Below are positions 8,614 through 17,410 of a stretch of DNA of 64,000 nucleotides, in pieces (position 1 is the first letter of the stretch; every line of letters starts with the position of its first letter). A model generated the notes under the pieces. It did not search any database. It had not been told where the DNA came from and saw only the letters and a program-made list of their open reading frames with translations. The position numbers and the translations under genes were made by a program. The DNA comes from Candidatus Cloacimonadales bacterium (GTDB lineage Bacteria > Cloacimonadota > Cloacimonadia > Cloacimonadales > JAFGVF01): positions 2,789,252 to 2,853,251 of the forward strand of contig OY782499.1 in assembly GCA_963677815.1 (NCBI GenBank), written 5' to 3'.

Positions 8614-10815
8614 TTATTTAATACTATTATACCAACTTGAGAAAAGTTCTTCTTTAGGTATATCTATGATATCATTAACCTTAAATGAATCTCCACTCAC
8701 TTCACCAATTACTGAACAAGTGAAATCTTCACAAATTTCTGTTATAGCTGGAATGTTTTCAGCAACTGTAGAAATTACAATTCGGGAATGGCTTTCTCCA
8801 AAAAGTTCATAATCAGGTCTATTTTCAAAATCAATATCAATTATTGCACCTTTTACACTTGAGTTTGGCAAGAAACAAGATTCCGCTATAGCAACAGCTA
8901 AACCACCATCAGAACAGTCATGAGCAGATTTTATTAATCCCTTATCAATAAGATCTAATACTATTTCATATAATCTCTTCTCTTTATCTAAATCAACAAC
9001 AGGTGCATTACCTAAAATCTTTCCATGAATTTCTTTTAAGAATTCTGAACCAGCAAGTGAATCAGCTTTATCTCCCAAAAGAATAATTACATCACCATCA
9101 TCTTTAAAATATTGATCCATAATCTTAGTATTGTCAGTAACTAAACCTAACATACCAATTGTTGGAGTTGGATAAATAGCTCCGGTTGGGTTTTCATTAT
9201 AGAAAGATACATTACCACCAGTTACAGGAGTATCAAAAGCTCTACATGCATCACCTATACCTTTTATTACTTCAGCAAAAGTCCAATATACTTCTGGCTT
9301 ATATGGATTACCAAAGTTAAGACAGTTGGTAATAGCAAGAGGTTTAGCTCCACTACATACAACATTACGTGCTGATTCAGCAACTGCTCCTTTAGCACCT
9401 TCATAAGGATTTAGCCAGCAGTGTCTTCCATTACAATCAGTTGATAAAGCGAGAGCCTTATTAGTATCTTTAACTCTAACTACACCTGCATCTGAACCTG
9501 GCTCTACCATAGAATTAATCTGTACCATGTGGTCATATTGATTATAAATACTTCTTTTTGAAGCAATGTTATATGATGATAAAAGAGTTAATAAAGCATT
9601 ATTATAATCTTTAGGTTCAGGAATATCTGATAAATCAGCTTGTTGAACTTGATCAATGTAATCAGGCTTTTTAGTCTCACGTTCATACTGAGGAGCATCA
9701 CCACCAAGGACTAAAAATCTAGCAGGTAATTCAGCCTTAACTTGTTCTCCTTCTTTGACTCTTAGCATACCATCATCTGTTACTTTTCCTATGATTTCTG
9801 CATGAAGGTCCCATTTCTCATAAATAGCTTGAACCCTTTCAACATTTTCAGGAGTAACAATCATGAGCATTCTTTCTTGAGATTCAGAGAGCATAATTTC
9901 GTATGGTGTCATACCACTTTCACGTTTGGGAACTAAGTTAACATCAAGTTCAATACCAACTCCTGTTTTCCCTGCCATTTCGCTACTCGAACATGTTAAA
10001 CCTGCTGCTCCCATGTCTTGGATAGCTACAATTACTCCAGCTTCAATAGTTTCTAAAGTAGCCTCTAGAAGTAATTTTTCCATAAAAGGATCACCTACTT
10101 GAACTGCTGTTCTCTTTTCTTCTGACTCATCTGTGAGCTCAACTGAAGCAAAAGTTGCACCATGAATACCATCTCTACCAGTTTTCGCACCAACATACAT
10201 AACATAGTTACCAGGACCTTCTGCTCCAGATTTTGCTAAGTTTTCATGTTTAAGCACACCTACGGCCATAGCATTCACAAGTGGATTACCAGTATAACTA
10301 TCTTCAAAATATACTTCTCCTCCAACATTAGGAACACCAAAACAGTTGCCATAATCAGCAATGCCATCAACAACACCATGCATAAGGAATTTGACATTAG
10401 GACTATTTGGGTTGCCAAATCTCAAGGAATCAAGAACAGCTACAGGTCTAGCTCCCATAGTAAAAATATCTCTAAGGATTCCACCAACACCTGTTGCAGC
10501 ACCATGGTAAGGTTCAACTGCTGATGGGTGATTATGACTTTCAATCTTGAAGGACACAGCTAAGCCATCACCTATATCAACAACACCTGCATTCTCATCG
10601 CCAGCTTTGGCTAACATAGCTTGGCCATCTCTAGGCAGTGTTTTAATAAGTTTGATTGAATTCTTATAACTAGCATGTTCAGACCACATAACTGAAATAA
10701 TTCCTAATTCAGTAAAGGTTGGTTCTCTTTTTAAAGTATCTAAAATAAGTTTCCATTCTTCTTGGTTAATCCCATGTTCTTGAACTATCTCAGGAGTAAT
10801 TTTGGGTTCAATCAT
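8614..10815 (-). CDS. purL: phosphoribosylformylglycinamidine synthase subunit PurL
   Basis: 733 aa. Has [15 protein letters not shown] and the duplicated AIR-synthase-like fold motifs typical of small PurL. Confidence 0.95.
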   Translation of the reverse strand: MIEPKITPEIVQEHGINQEEWKLILDTLKREPTFTELGIISVMWSEHASYKNSIKLIKTLPRDGQAMLAKAGDENAGVVDIGDGLAVSFKIESHNHPSAVEPYHGAATGVGGILRDIFTMGARPVAVLDSLRFGNPNSPNVKFLMHGVVDGIADYGNCFGVPNVGGEVYFEDSYTGNPLVNAMAVGVLKHENLAKSGAEGPGNYVMYVGAKTGRDGIHGATFASVELTDESEEKRTAVQVGDPFMEKLLLEATLETIEAGVIVAIQDMGAAGLTCSSSEMAGKTGVGIELDVNLVPKRESGMTPYEIMLSESQERMLMIVTPENVERVQAIYEKWDLHAEIIGKVTDDGMLRVKEGEQVKAELPARFLVLGGDAPQYERETKKPDYIDQVQQADLSDIPEPKDYNNALLTLLSSYNIASKRSIYNQYDHMVQINSMVEPGSDAGVVRVKDTNKALALSTDCNGRHCWLNPYEGAKGAVAESARNVVCSGAKPLAITNCLNFGNPYKPEVYWTFAEVIKGIGDACRAFDTPVTGGNVSFYNENPTGAIYPTPTIGMLGLVTDNTKIMDQYFKDDGDVIILLGDKADSLAGSEFLKEIHGKILGNAPVVDLDKEKRLYEIVLDLIDKGLIKSAHDCSDGGLAVAIAESCFLPNSSVKGAIIDIDFENRPDYELFGESHSRIVISTVAENIPAITEICEDFTCSVIGEVSGDSFKVNDIIDIPKEELFSSWYNSIK

Positions 10816-11889
10816 CTATATTACCTCTTTTTTTAATATATCTATTAAGCAGTTAACATTCTTTTCAATAATCTTATAAGCAGTTCTGTATTTTTCAATA
10901 TTTTCTTGGTAAGGGTCATCAATATCTCCCTCTCCTCCACAGAACTCTAAAAGAGTAAATACTTTATGTCTATACTGGGGAAATTTCTTAGCAAAAAATT
11001 CTTTATGACTCTCTTCCATAGTCAGAATCAGCCAACTATCTCTGACAATATCTTCTGTTAATTTTCTTGAAAGATGGCTAGTAGCATCAATACTAGCTTC
11101 AAGTAGCAAGGCTGAAGAGTTGGCAGAAATGACCATTCCATCTTGAAGAACTCCAGCTGAAGCGGTTCTAAAAGGTAAATTTTCATCTTCTATTTTCTTT
11201 TTTAATAGATACTCAGCTATTGGCGAACGGCAAACGTTGCCAGTGCAAACAAAAAGTATCATTGATTTTTCATAACTTTGCTTAATCTCATAAAAAGGAA
11301 GTGAAGCTTCTCGAATACATTCAATTTTGTCAGAGAGTTTAATAATAGTAGAAGCTTGGTCATCAGCGAACCTAAAGGTCTTGTAAGGTGTAAAACCAAA
11401 ATCAAACCAAGACATATATTTTTTTACAATAATTTTTAAGTCGGATTCAGGAGGAAAAGCATTTTGATTAATGCTAGTTGAAGCTATTGGACTCCCAATC
11501 TTATCAATAAAATAGCAAAGTATCGGATTTTGAGGTATTCTGAAAGCTACATAACCATTTTCAGCTACCTTGGAATATCTGGGGTCGGAACACCTCAGAA
11601 CAAAAGTAAGATTACCTGGAGAATACTGTTCTAGTAACCTGATAATCCTTGGAGAAGCTTCATCAATAGCATCAAGAATGGTATTTAGATTTGAGACAAG
11701 AACAATGAATCCTTTTTTTGAATCTCTTGATTTAAGTTTGGCAATTTTATCTAATGCTTCTTGACTATCAATGCTTGCCCCCATACCAAACATACTTCCA
11801 GTATGATGAAAAAAGACACTATTTGGTTGGAAAGATTTCTCAACCATCTTTTCTACATGTTTAAATTTTATATCTTTATAAAGCTTCAA
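10816..11889 (-). CDS. fusion protein: YrdC/Sua5-type threonylcarbamoyl-AMP synthase domain + low-molecular-weight protein (Tyr/Arg) phosphatase domain
   Basis: The N-terminal roughly 200 aa are YrdC-like (...HTGSMFGMGASIDSQEALDKIAKLKSRDSKKGFIVLV). The C-terminal roughly 150 aa carry the LMW-PTP P-loop CTGNVCRSPIAE and a DDPY motif. Confidence 0.75.
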   Translation of the reverse strand: MKLYKDIKFKHVEKMVEKSFQPNSVFFHHTGSMFGMGASIDSQEALDKIAKLKSRDSKKGFIVLVSNLNTILDAIDEASPRIIRLLEQYSPGNLTFVLRCSDPRYSKVAENGYVAFRIPQNPILCYFIDKIGSPIASTSINQNAFPPESDLKIIVKKYMSWFDFGFTPYKTFRFADDQASTIIKLSDKIECIREASLPFYEIKQSYEKSMILFVCTGNVCRSPIAEYLLKKKIEDENLPFRTASAGVLQDGMVISANSSALLLEASIDATSHLSRKLTEDIVRDSWLILTMEESHKEFFAKKFPQYRHKVFTLLEFCGGEGDIDDPYQENIEKYRTAYKIIEKNVNCLIDILKKEVI

Positions 11890-11926
11890 TCTAGCTCCTG
11901 ACCTTAGTTTTTTATCATTTTTTAGT

Positions 11927-13120
11927 TTATTTTACAAAATATATCTTAGGATTAACTGGATTTCCATTCTTTCTTAGTTCAAAATATACAATTGGTCGTC
12001 CTTCTGAATCTGTTCCAGAGACACCTATCCTTTGACCTTGCTTTACTTCTTGTCCTTTACTTGCTACAAGAGAACTGTTATTAGCATAAACAGAAACAAA
12101 TCCGTTTAAGTGATCAATAATTGCTACTTGTCCTCTTGAAGGTACAAGTCCGCTAAAAATAACTTGTCCATCATAAACAGCCACTATAGGACTACCCGGA
12201 GGAGCATTTATCTCTAAACCTTTACTAGTTACTTTAGATAACTGATTAAGTTTAGCACCAAATTCTTTGATTATGTTTCCTTGACAAGGTCTTTTTATCA
12301 AAATATTATTTACTAGTTTTGTAGCATCAATATCATCCCTTGCTTTTATCAAATTATCTATAAATGTTTCAAGTTCTAAGGCTTCTTTCTCTAGTCTTTC
12401 TTTTTCTGACATAAGTGCTTTACGTTGTTTGAGGACCTTAGCTTCCTTCTCACTCAAACTAGCTATTTTACTCTCTAATTTATCTGTAACAGCCTTGTAT
12501 TCATTGTATTCTTGATCAACTTCATCTTGTTGTTTTTGCTTTGATTCTATCTTATCATTAATATTAGATAGTTTGTCCTCATTTTCAGCAATTACATTTT
12601 GAGTATTAAGATAGCTTGTATCTAGTTTAAAAATTACATCTTCTTGGTAGGTCATTAAAGCTTTTAAGAGCATTTTTTTCCGGATATTATCATTATCTGC
12701 TTGGGGTTTATTTAATAAGAACAAAGCTATTAACTCTTTTTCATAGCTATTTTGTAGACTTTGGAAATTACTCTTAGTTTTATATGATTCATTTCTTTTC
12801 TGACTTAAATCACTTTCCACAGTTTCAGCTTGGTTTACCCACCACTGTAAATTGTTTTTTAAATAAGTTTTATCTTTAATTAATTGTTTTAATTTTCTAC
12901 TTTTTCTTTCTTTTTCTTTCTTTGTTAAAGTTTGGTCATTTTTTAGAGCATCTGCTTGTTTTTGTAATTTTTTTATATCTTCCTTGAGAGAATCAATCTG
13001 GTCTTTTTTTGACTTCAGCTCATTTTCTTTTTGAGTTATTTCATCGTTATTTGCAAGTTCATTTCCTAGTAAAATTATATTCCCCATTAAAATTAACATT
13101 ATCAAAACAACTCTAAACAT
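11927..13120 (-). CDS. EnvC-like murein hydrolase activator (coiled-coil + M23 peptidase domain)
   Basis: Long K/E/Q-rich coiled coil followed by an M23/LytM-like C-terminus (GLEINAPPGSPIVAVYDGQVIF...IDHLNGFVSVYAN). Confidence 0.8.
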   Translation of the reverse strand: MFRVVLIMLILMGNIILLGNELANNDEITQKENELKSKKDQIDSLKEDIKKLQKQADALKNDQTLTKKEKERKSRKLKQLIKDKTYLKNNLQWWVNQAETVESDLSQKRNESYKTKSNFQSLQNSYEKELIALFLLNKPQADNDNIRKKMLLKALMTYQEDVIFKLDTSYLNTQNVIAENEDKLSNINDKIESKQKQQDEVDQEYNEYKAVTDKLESKIASLSEKEAKVLKQRKALMSEKERLEKEALELETFIDNLIKARDDIDATKLVNNILIKRPCQGNIIKEFGAKLNQLSKVTSKGLEINAPPGSPIVAVYDGQVIFSGLVPSRGQVAIIDHLNGFVSVYANNSSLVASKGQEVKQGQRIGVSGTDSEGRPIVYFELRKNGNPVNPKIYFVK

Positions 13121-13185
13121 TCATTACTCCACAAGTTTTCTTTTAAATAAAATCTGAGATATTGTCTGATATGTCAAATATAATT

Positions 13186-15039
13186 TCATCTTTTCTTCTT
13201 TCTCTTGTTTTTTCCTGGACCTACTGTATAATTCTTGGTATTCTTCTTACTATTTACTTGTTTATCATCATTATTTTTACTAGGATAAAATTCATCAAGA
13301 AGATTAAGCATTCCAAGTGATTTAAGAGCTTCTATGACGTATTTTTTGTTAGCAGGAATGAACCATTGCACAAGAGCTTTTTGCAAGCGAATATCCCTAC
13401 CCTTAGCCACCAAGATGCTTTTACCTGAATACAGGTCTTTTTCAGTATAGTACATAGCTGTACTTGGGGTCATTGGTGTTGGGTAAAATTCTTGCACTTG
13501 TTCCAGTCTTAAGTTATTCTTCTTTAAATAAAGGGCTAGTTTAACTGCGTCTTTAAGACTAGTTCCAGGATGTCCTACTATGATATAGGGGATGATTTGC
13601 TGTTTTTTATCAACCTGACTAGAATAATTTAAAAATTGCTTAGAAAATTCTTCATATAAGGAGATATCTGGTTTATTCATTAATTTTAAAACTCTAGCAA
13701 CAGTATGTTCAGGAGCTAATTTGAGATGTCCACCAATATATTTTTTAGTAATAGTTTTAATAAATCTTGGGGATTTAAGAGCCAGATCAAAACGGATACC
13801 AGAAGCTATGAAAAGATTTTTTACACCAGGAAGACTAGAAACTTTGTCTAGTAAGTTTATATATTCTTCATGATTATAATCAAAGTTATTGCATATTTCA
13901 GGATAAAGACAGGAAGACCTTTTACAAACTAGACCATCTTTTAATTTGCATGACATACCATACATATTAGCCGAAGGACCACCAACATCGGAGATAGTTC
14001 CATGAAAATAAGCTTTCTTGGTAAGTTCTTCAACTTCTCTAATTATAGAAAGTGGACTTCTCGAGGCTACTTTCTTCCCTTGATGATAACCAATAGCACA
14101 AAAATTACACCCTCCGCCACATCCTCTATGAGCAGTAATTGAATCTCTTATTTGCTCCCAAGCTTTAAGACTTTTGCCTTTATAAACAGGGTGAACATCT
14201 CTAACAAAAGGAAGGGAGTAAATTTCATCTAACTCTTGGCTAGTAGGGACTTCTGCTGGTAAATTATGCTTAATATATCTTGTATTATATTTTTGATAAA
14301 TGATAGAAGATGAATAATTATTCTGGAAAATCTGAGTTAGCTTTAAGAAAGTATTTTTATCAGAACAAAGTTCTGCATCTGGTAATAATTTGAATGGTGT
14401 TGAATTATCAATTTCAGCTACTGATATGAGGGTTCCTTTAATATTTTGCAAAGATTCAACAGGAAAACCAGCATTGAGTTTATCTGCGATTTCTTGGATT
14501 ATTTTCTCCCCCATGCCATAGACTAAGATATCAGCTTTAGAATCTATTAATATTGAATTCCTTACCTTATTACTCCAATAATCATAATGGGAAATCCTTC
14601 GCATAGAAGCTTCTATTCCCCCTATTATTATAGGTTTATCTTTGCTTACTTGTTTAATCAAATTGGTATATCTTATCAAAGCTCTATCTGGTCTAAGACC
14701 TATTTTACCATCAGGAGTGTAAGCATCTTCAGAACGAAGTTTCTTCTGAGCAGTATAATGATTAACCATAGAATCCATATTACCTGCACTTATACCCCAC
14801 ATAAGCCGAGGTTGTCCTAAGGATTGAATATCATCTAATGAGTCTATATTAGGTTGAGCTATTATGCCGACTTTATAACCTCTAGCTTCTAGACTTCTAG
14901 CAATCACAGACGCAGCGAAACTGGGATGGTCAATATAAGCATCACCAGATACTATGATTATATCTAACTGCTCCCACCCCCTCGCCTGCATATCCTTGCG
15001 AGATATTGGTAAAAAGTCTATTTTTTCACTTGCTTTCAT
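13186..15039 (-). CDS. ygiQ: YgiQ-family radical SAM protein (UPF0313)
   Basis: YgiQ-type N-terminus (IIIVSGDAYIDHPSFAASVIARSLEARGYKVGII), Cys cluster RGCGGGCNFCAIGYHQG, K-rich tail. Confidence 0.85.
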   Translation of the reverse strand: MKASEKIDFLPISRKDMQARGWEQLDIIIVSGDAYIDHPSFAASVIARSLEARGYKVGIIAQPNIDSLDDIQSLGQPRLMWGISAGNMDSMVNHYTAQKKLRSEDAYTPDGKIGLRPDRALIRYTNLIKQVSKDKPIIIGGIEASMRRISHYDYWSNKVRNSILIDSKADILVYGMGEKIIQEIADKLNAGFPVESLQNIKGTLISVAEIDNSTPFKLLPDAELCSDKNTFLKLTQIFQNNYSSSIIYQKYNTRYIKHNLPAEVPTSQELDEIYSLPFVRDVHPVYKGKSLKAWEQIRDSITAHRGCGGGCNFCAIGYHQGKKVASRSPLSIIREVEELTKKAYFHGTISDVGGPSANMYGMSCKLKDGLVCKRSSCLYPEICNNFDYNHEEYINLLDKVSSLPGVKNLFIASGIRFDLALKSPRFIKTITKKYIGGHLKLAPEHTVARVLKLMNKPDISLYEEFSKQFLNYSSQVDKKQQIIPYIIVGHPGTSLKDAVKLALYLKKNNLRLEQVQEFYPTPMTPSTAMYYTEKDLYSGKSILVAKGRDIRLQKALVQWFIPANKKYVIEALKSLGMLNLLDEFYPSKNNDDKQVNSKKNTKNYTVGPGKNKRKKKR

Positions 15040-15076
15040 AAAAGAAGTTTCATTGCCTTAGTTTAAAATATCCTCA

Positions 15077-15292
15077 CTATTGAGCATCTACTCTGATAAT
15101 ATTTATTGCTTGAATTCCTCTAGGTGTTTCGATTGTATCAAATTCGACTCTTTCATCTTGGATAAGAATCTTTTGTTGCATAGGATTTGGGGTAACAATA
15201 CTTTTCCAATGTACAAAGTATTCTACATTATCATCTGATAGAATAAAGCCATATCCCTTGTTCTCATTGAACCATTTCACTTTTCCTTTCAT
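15077..15292 (-). CDS. cold-shock domain protein (CspA family)
   Basis: MKGKVKWFNENKGYGFI (RNP1-like) and FVHW (RNP2-like); 71 aa. Confidence 0.9.
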   Translation of the reverse strand: MKGKVKWFNENKGYGFILSDDNVEYFVHWKSIVTPNPMQQKILIQDERVEFDTIETPRGIQAINIIRVDAQ

Positions 15293-15422
15293 TAACTACC
15301 TCTTTTTGGGTTATTTTTATCAAGTTATTAATAACTAACATTTGAGTCAATAAAAATTAAATTTTTATCTTCATCTATTAAGTGAAACGGACTTGCCAGT
15401 ATTAGTTACAGATAAAGACTAT

Positions 15423-15646
15423 TTAACCCAAATAATGCAATAGATCTTTGAGAATAGCACTATATTCTTTTGCAAAAGTAACTTACATAATTCTTCCGAA
15501 TATATATATTATATGCGTAGTTAAGGAATCACCCCCTGTATCCCCCTCAAAGAAGGGGATTTTGCTAAAAGAATATGCACTCTTCGCCTGTGATACGTAG
15601 CTTTAGCGAAGTATTACTAAAGCTCTATTGCACAATCTGGGTTTAA
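15423..15646 (-). mobile_element. TIR element (MITE-like) copy A, about 220 bp, inverted relative to copies B-D
   Basis: Ends are TTAA-CCCAAATAATGCAATAGATCTTTG... and ...CTAAAGCTCTATTGCACAATCTGGG-T-TTAA. The interior contains the AATCCCCTTCTTTGAGGGGGAT hairpin. An extra half-end (GCAGTAGAGCTTTA) lies at 15656-15669. Confidence 0.75.
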
Positions 15647-15739
15647 CCGAAAGGTGCAGTAGAGCTTTATTGGGATAATTGTTGCTTGTATCGATTATTT
15701 AACTATAATTTAAGAAAGAGAAAAGTTAAGGAGCAAAAA

Positions 15740-16129
15740 ATGAATTCTGTAGAAAATCAATTTAGAATCGAATTGTTTAAAAGATTCCTTCCAAGAATGT
15801 GCGAGTTTATAAATAATAATAATACTTATGCTTTTCAGCTAAAGTTTGATAATGATATCTTGACCATTAATAACATTAATATTGATATCCTATACCATGT
15901 TGGTAAACTTGAAGCACTTCTTGAATCTGAGCATGATTTTTTCTTAGGAAAATTTGAAATGCCTATGAAACACAAAGAAGAGTTTCCCTACTTAACTGGT
16001 CTTGAATTATTCATTAGCGAAATAATCAACAAACTTATCAAGAAGAAAATGTTAGACAATATTGGAGATATGCCTATCAACCATCTTAACTACGATTATA
16101 CAGTAAAGGATTTTGTTCAAAAGATCTAG
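15740..16129 (+). CDS. hypothetical protein (129 aa)
   Basis: ATG at 15740 is preceded by AAGGAG (15728-15733). The ORF-track start at 15686 is a TTG inside or adjacent to a repeat element. No recognisable motif. Confidence 0.5.
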   Translation: MNSVENQFRIELFKRFLPRMCEFINNNNTYAFQLKFDNDILTINNINIDILYHVGKLEALLESEHDFFLGKFEMPMKHKEEFPYLTGLELFISEIINKLIKKKMLDNIGDMPINHLNYDYTVKDFVQKI

Positions 16130-16186
16130 GCTTAATTTATCAAAAGCTTAAACTAATTTACACATAGGTTATTTTCAATGTATAAT

Positions 16187-16852
16187 CTAGCGTGAATCTT
16201 TAACTCCTATTCTTTGGCAACCGTCATAGATTGGACATTGACTACATTTTGGTCTTAGCGGAGTACAAAGATTTTGTCCAAAAGCAACAAAGTATGAATT
16301 AAAGTGAATCCAGTATTTAATAGGTAACTCTTTACGTAAGGTCATCTCTGTTTCTAAAGGATTCTTAGTTCTAATCATGCCTAATCTGTTGAATATTCTA
16401 TGTACATGAACATCAACACAAACTGCTGGCTTTTTAAAAGCAATAGCTCGGACTAAGTTCGCAGTTTTTCTTCCAACCCCTGGAAGTTTTACTAAATCCT
16501 CAATTTCATCTGGGATTTGATTATTAAATTTATCTTTTAAGACACTAGGGAGTGCTTTTAAATATTCAGTTTTATGTTTATAAAAACCTACAGGATAAAG
16601 AATTTTCTCTAGTTCTGCAAAAGAAATCTCTTCTAAATCTTGAGGATTAGCTACTCTTTTAAACAATTCTTTACATACCTTAGTAGTTGTTCCATCTTTA
16701 GTTCTTGCACTAAGAATAGTAGCTACAAGAATCTTAAATGGATCTTTTGTTTGAACTTCAATAAAATCAACAACGGGTGTAGGAAACTCTTTAAAGCGAG
16801 CCTCAAGAATTTTATACATCTGATCAAAAGTCATTTTTACCTCTTTTCGCAA
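16187..16852 (-). CDS. nth: endonuclease III
   Basis: HhH-GPD motif LPGVGRKTANLV and C-terminal 4Fe-4S cluster CTPLRPKCSQCPIYDGC. The true start may be the internal MTFDQ (16834). Confidence 0.9.
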   Translation of the reverse strand: MRKEVKMTFDQMYKILEARFKEFPTPVVDFIEVQTKDPFKILVATILSARTKDGTTTKVCKELFKRVANPQDLEEISFAELEKILYPVGFYKHKTEYLKALPSVLKDKFNNQIPDEIEDLVKLPGVGRKTANLVRAIAFKKPAVCVDVHVHRIFNRLGMIRTKNPLETEMTLRKELPIKYWIHFNSYFVAFGQNLCTPLRPKCSQCPIYDGCQRIGVKDSR

Positions 16853-16993
16853 ATTTATTATGCATTTATAAAACTGTCCAGTAAAATTTAGTCTCTCTCC
16901 AATTTAACCTAATTGGTGAATTAGAATTTTAGAGTGGCGTACATATTGTTTACACCCATCTATGGTCAAAATTATAGTTTTTGTGACCAGGAA

Positions 16994-17286
16994 GAGTATT
17001 AACCCCTTTCAGCTCCTTGGAGCGCCTGAGAGGGGTGGTCGAGTAGACCGGGGAGAGTATTTTAACACTAAGTTCGGGCAGGATGCCCGAGTTCCCAGTT
17101 AGAGGGTATTTTAACACCTAGTTCGGGCAGGATGCCCAAGTTCCCAGTTAGAGGGGTATTTTAACACCTAGTTCGGGCAGGATGCCCGAGTTCCCAGTTA
17201 GAGGGGTATTTTAACACCTAGTTCGGGCAGGATGCCCGAGTTCCCAGTTAGAGGGGTGGTCGAGTAGTAGACCGGGGAAAGTATTT
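16994..17286. repeat. composite array: reverse-complement 63-bp module + 4 x 50-bp units (hairpin CGGGCA-gga-TGCCCG + TTCCCAGTTA) + reverse-complement module core
   Basis: TTCGGGCAG starts at 17073, 17122, 17172 and 17222. The flanks GAGGGGTGGTCGAGTAGACCGGGGAGAGTA are the reverse complement of the 899-1115 unit core. Confidence 0.95.
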
Positions 17287-17349
17287 GTTGTCGGACCGTA
17301 GAGCCAAAATCATAGTATAATTTCACCAAAAATTACCATTTTTAGGTTC

Positions 17350-17374
17350 AAAAAAAAGCCTCGCTAAGCGAGGC
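17350..17374 (-). terminator. intrinsic terminator downstream of the C25 protease gene
   Basis: GCCTCGC-tta-GCGAGGC followed by T8 on the minus strand. Confidence 0.8.
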
Positions 17375-17410
17375 TTTATTATCATTCACACATTCCATAA
17401 GGAAAGTGTT

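Noticed and set aside
16994-17286. Possible CRISPR array (regular 50-bp periodicity with a palindromic core); the same question applies to the 42-, 51- and 63-bp arrays
   Set aside because: The units are contiguous with no unique spacers between them. No cas genes are present in the window, and identical modules are dispersed singly in both orientations.
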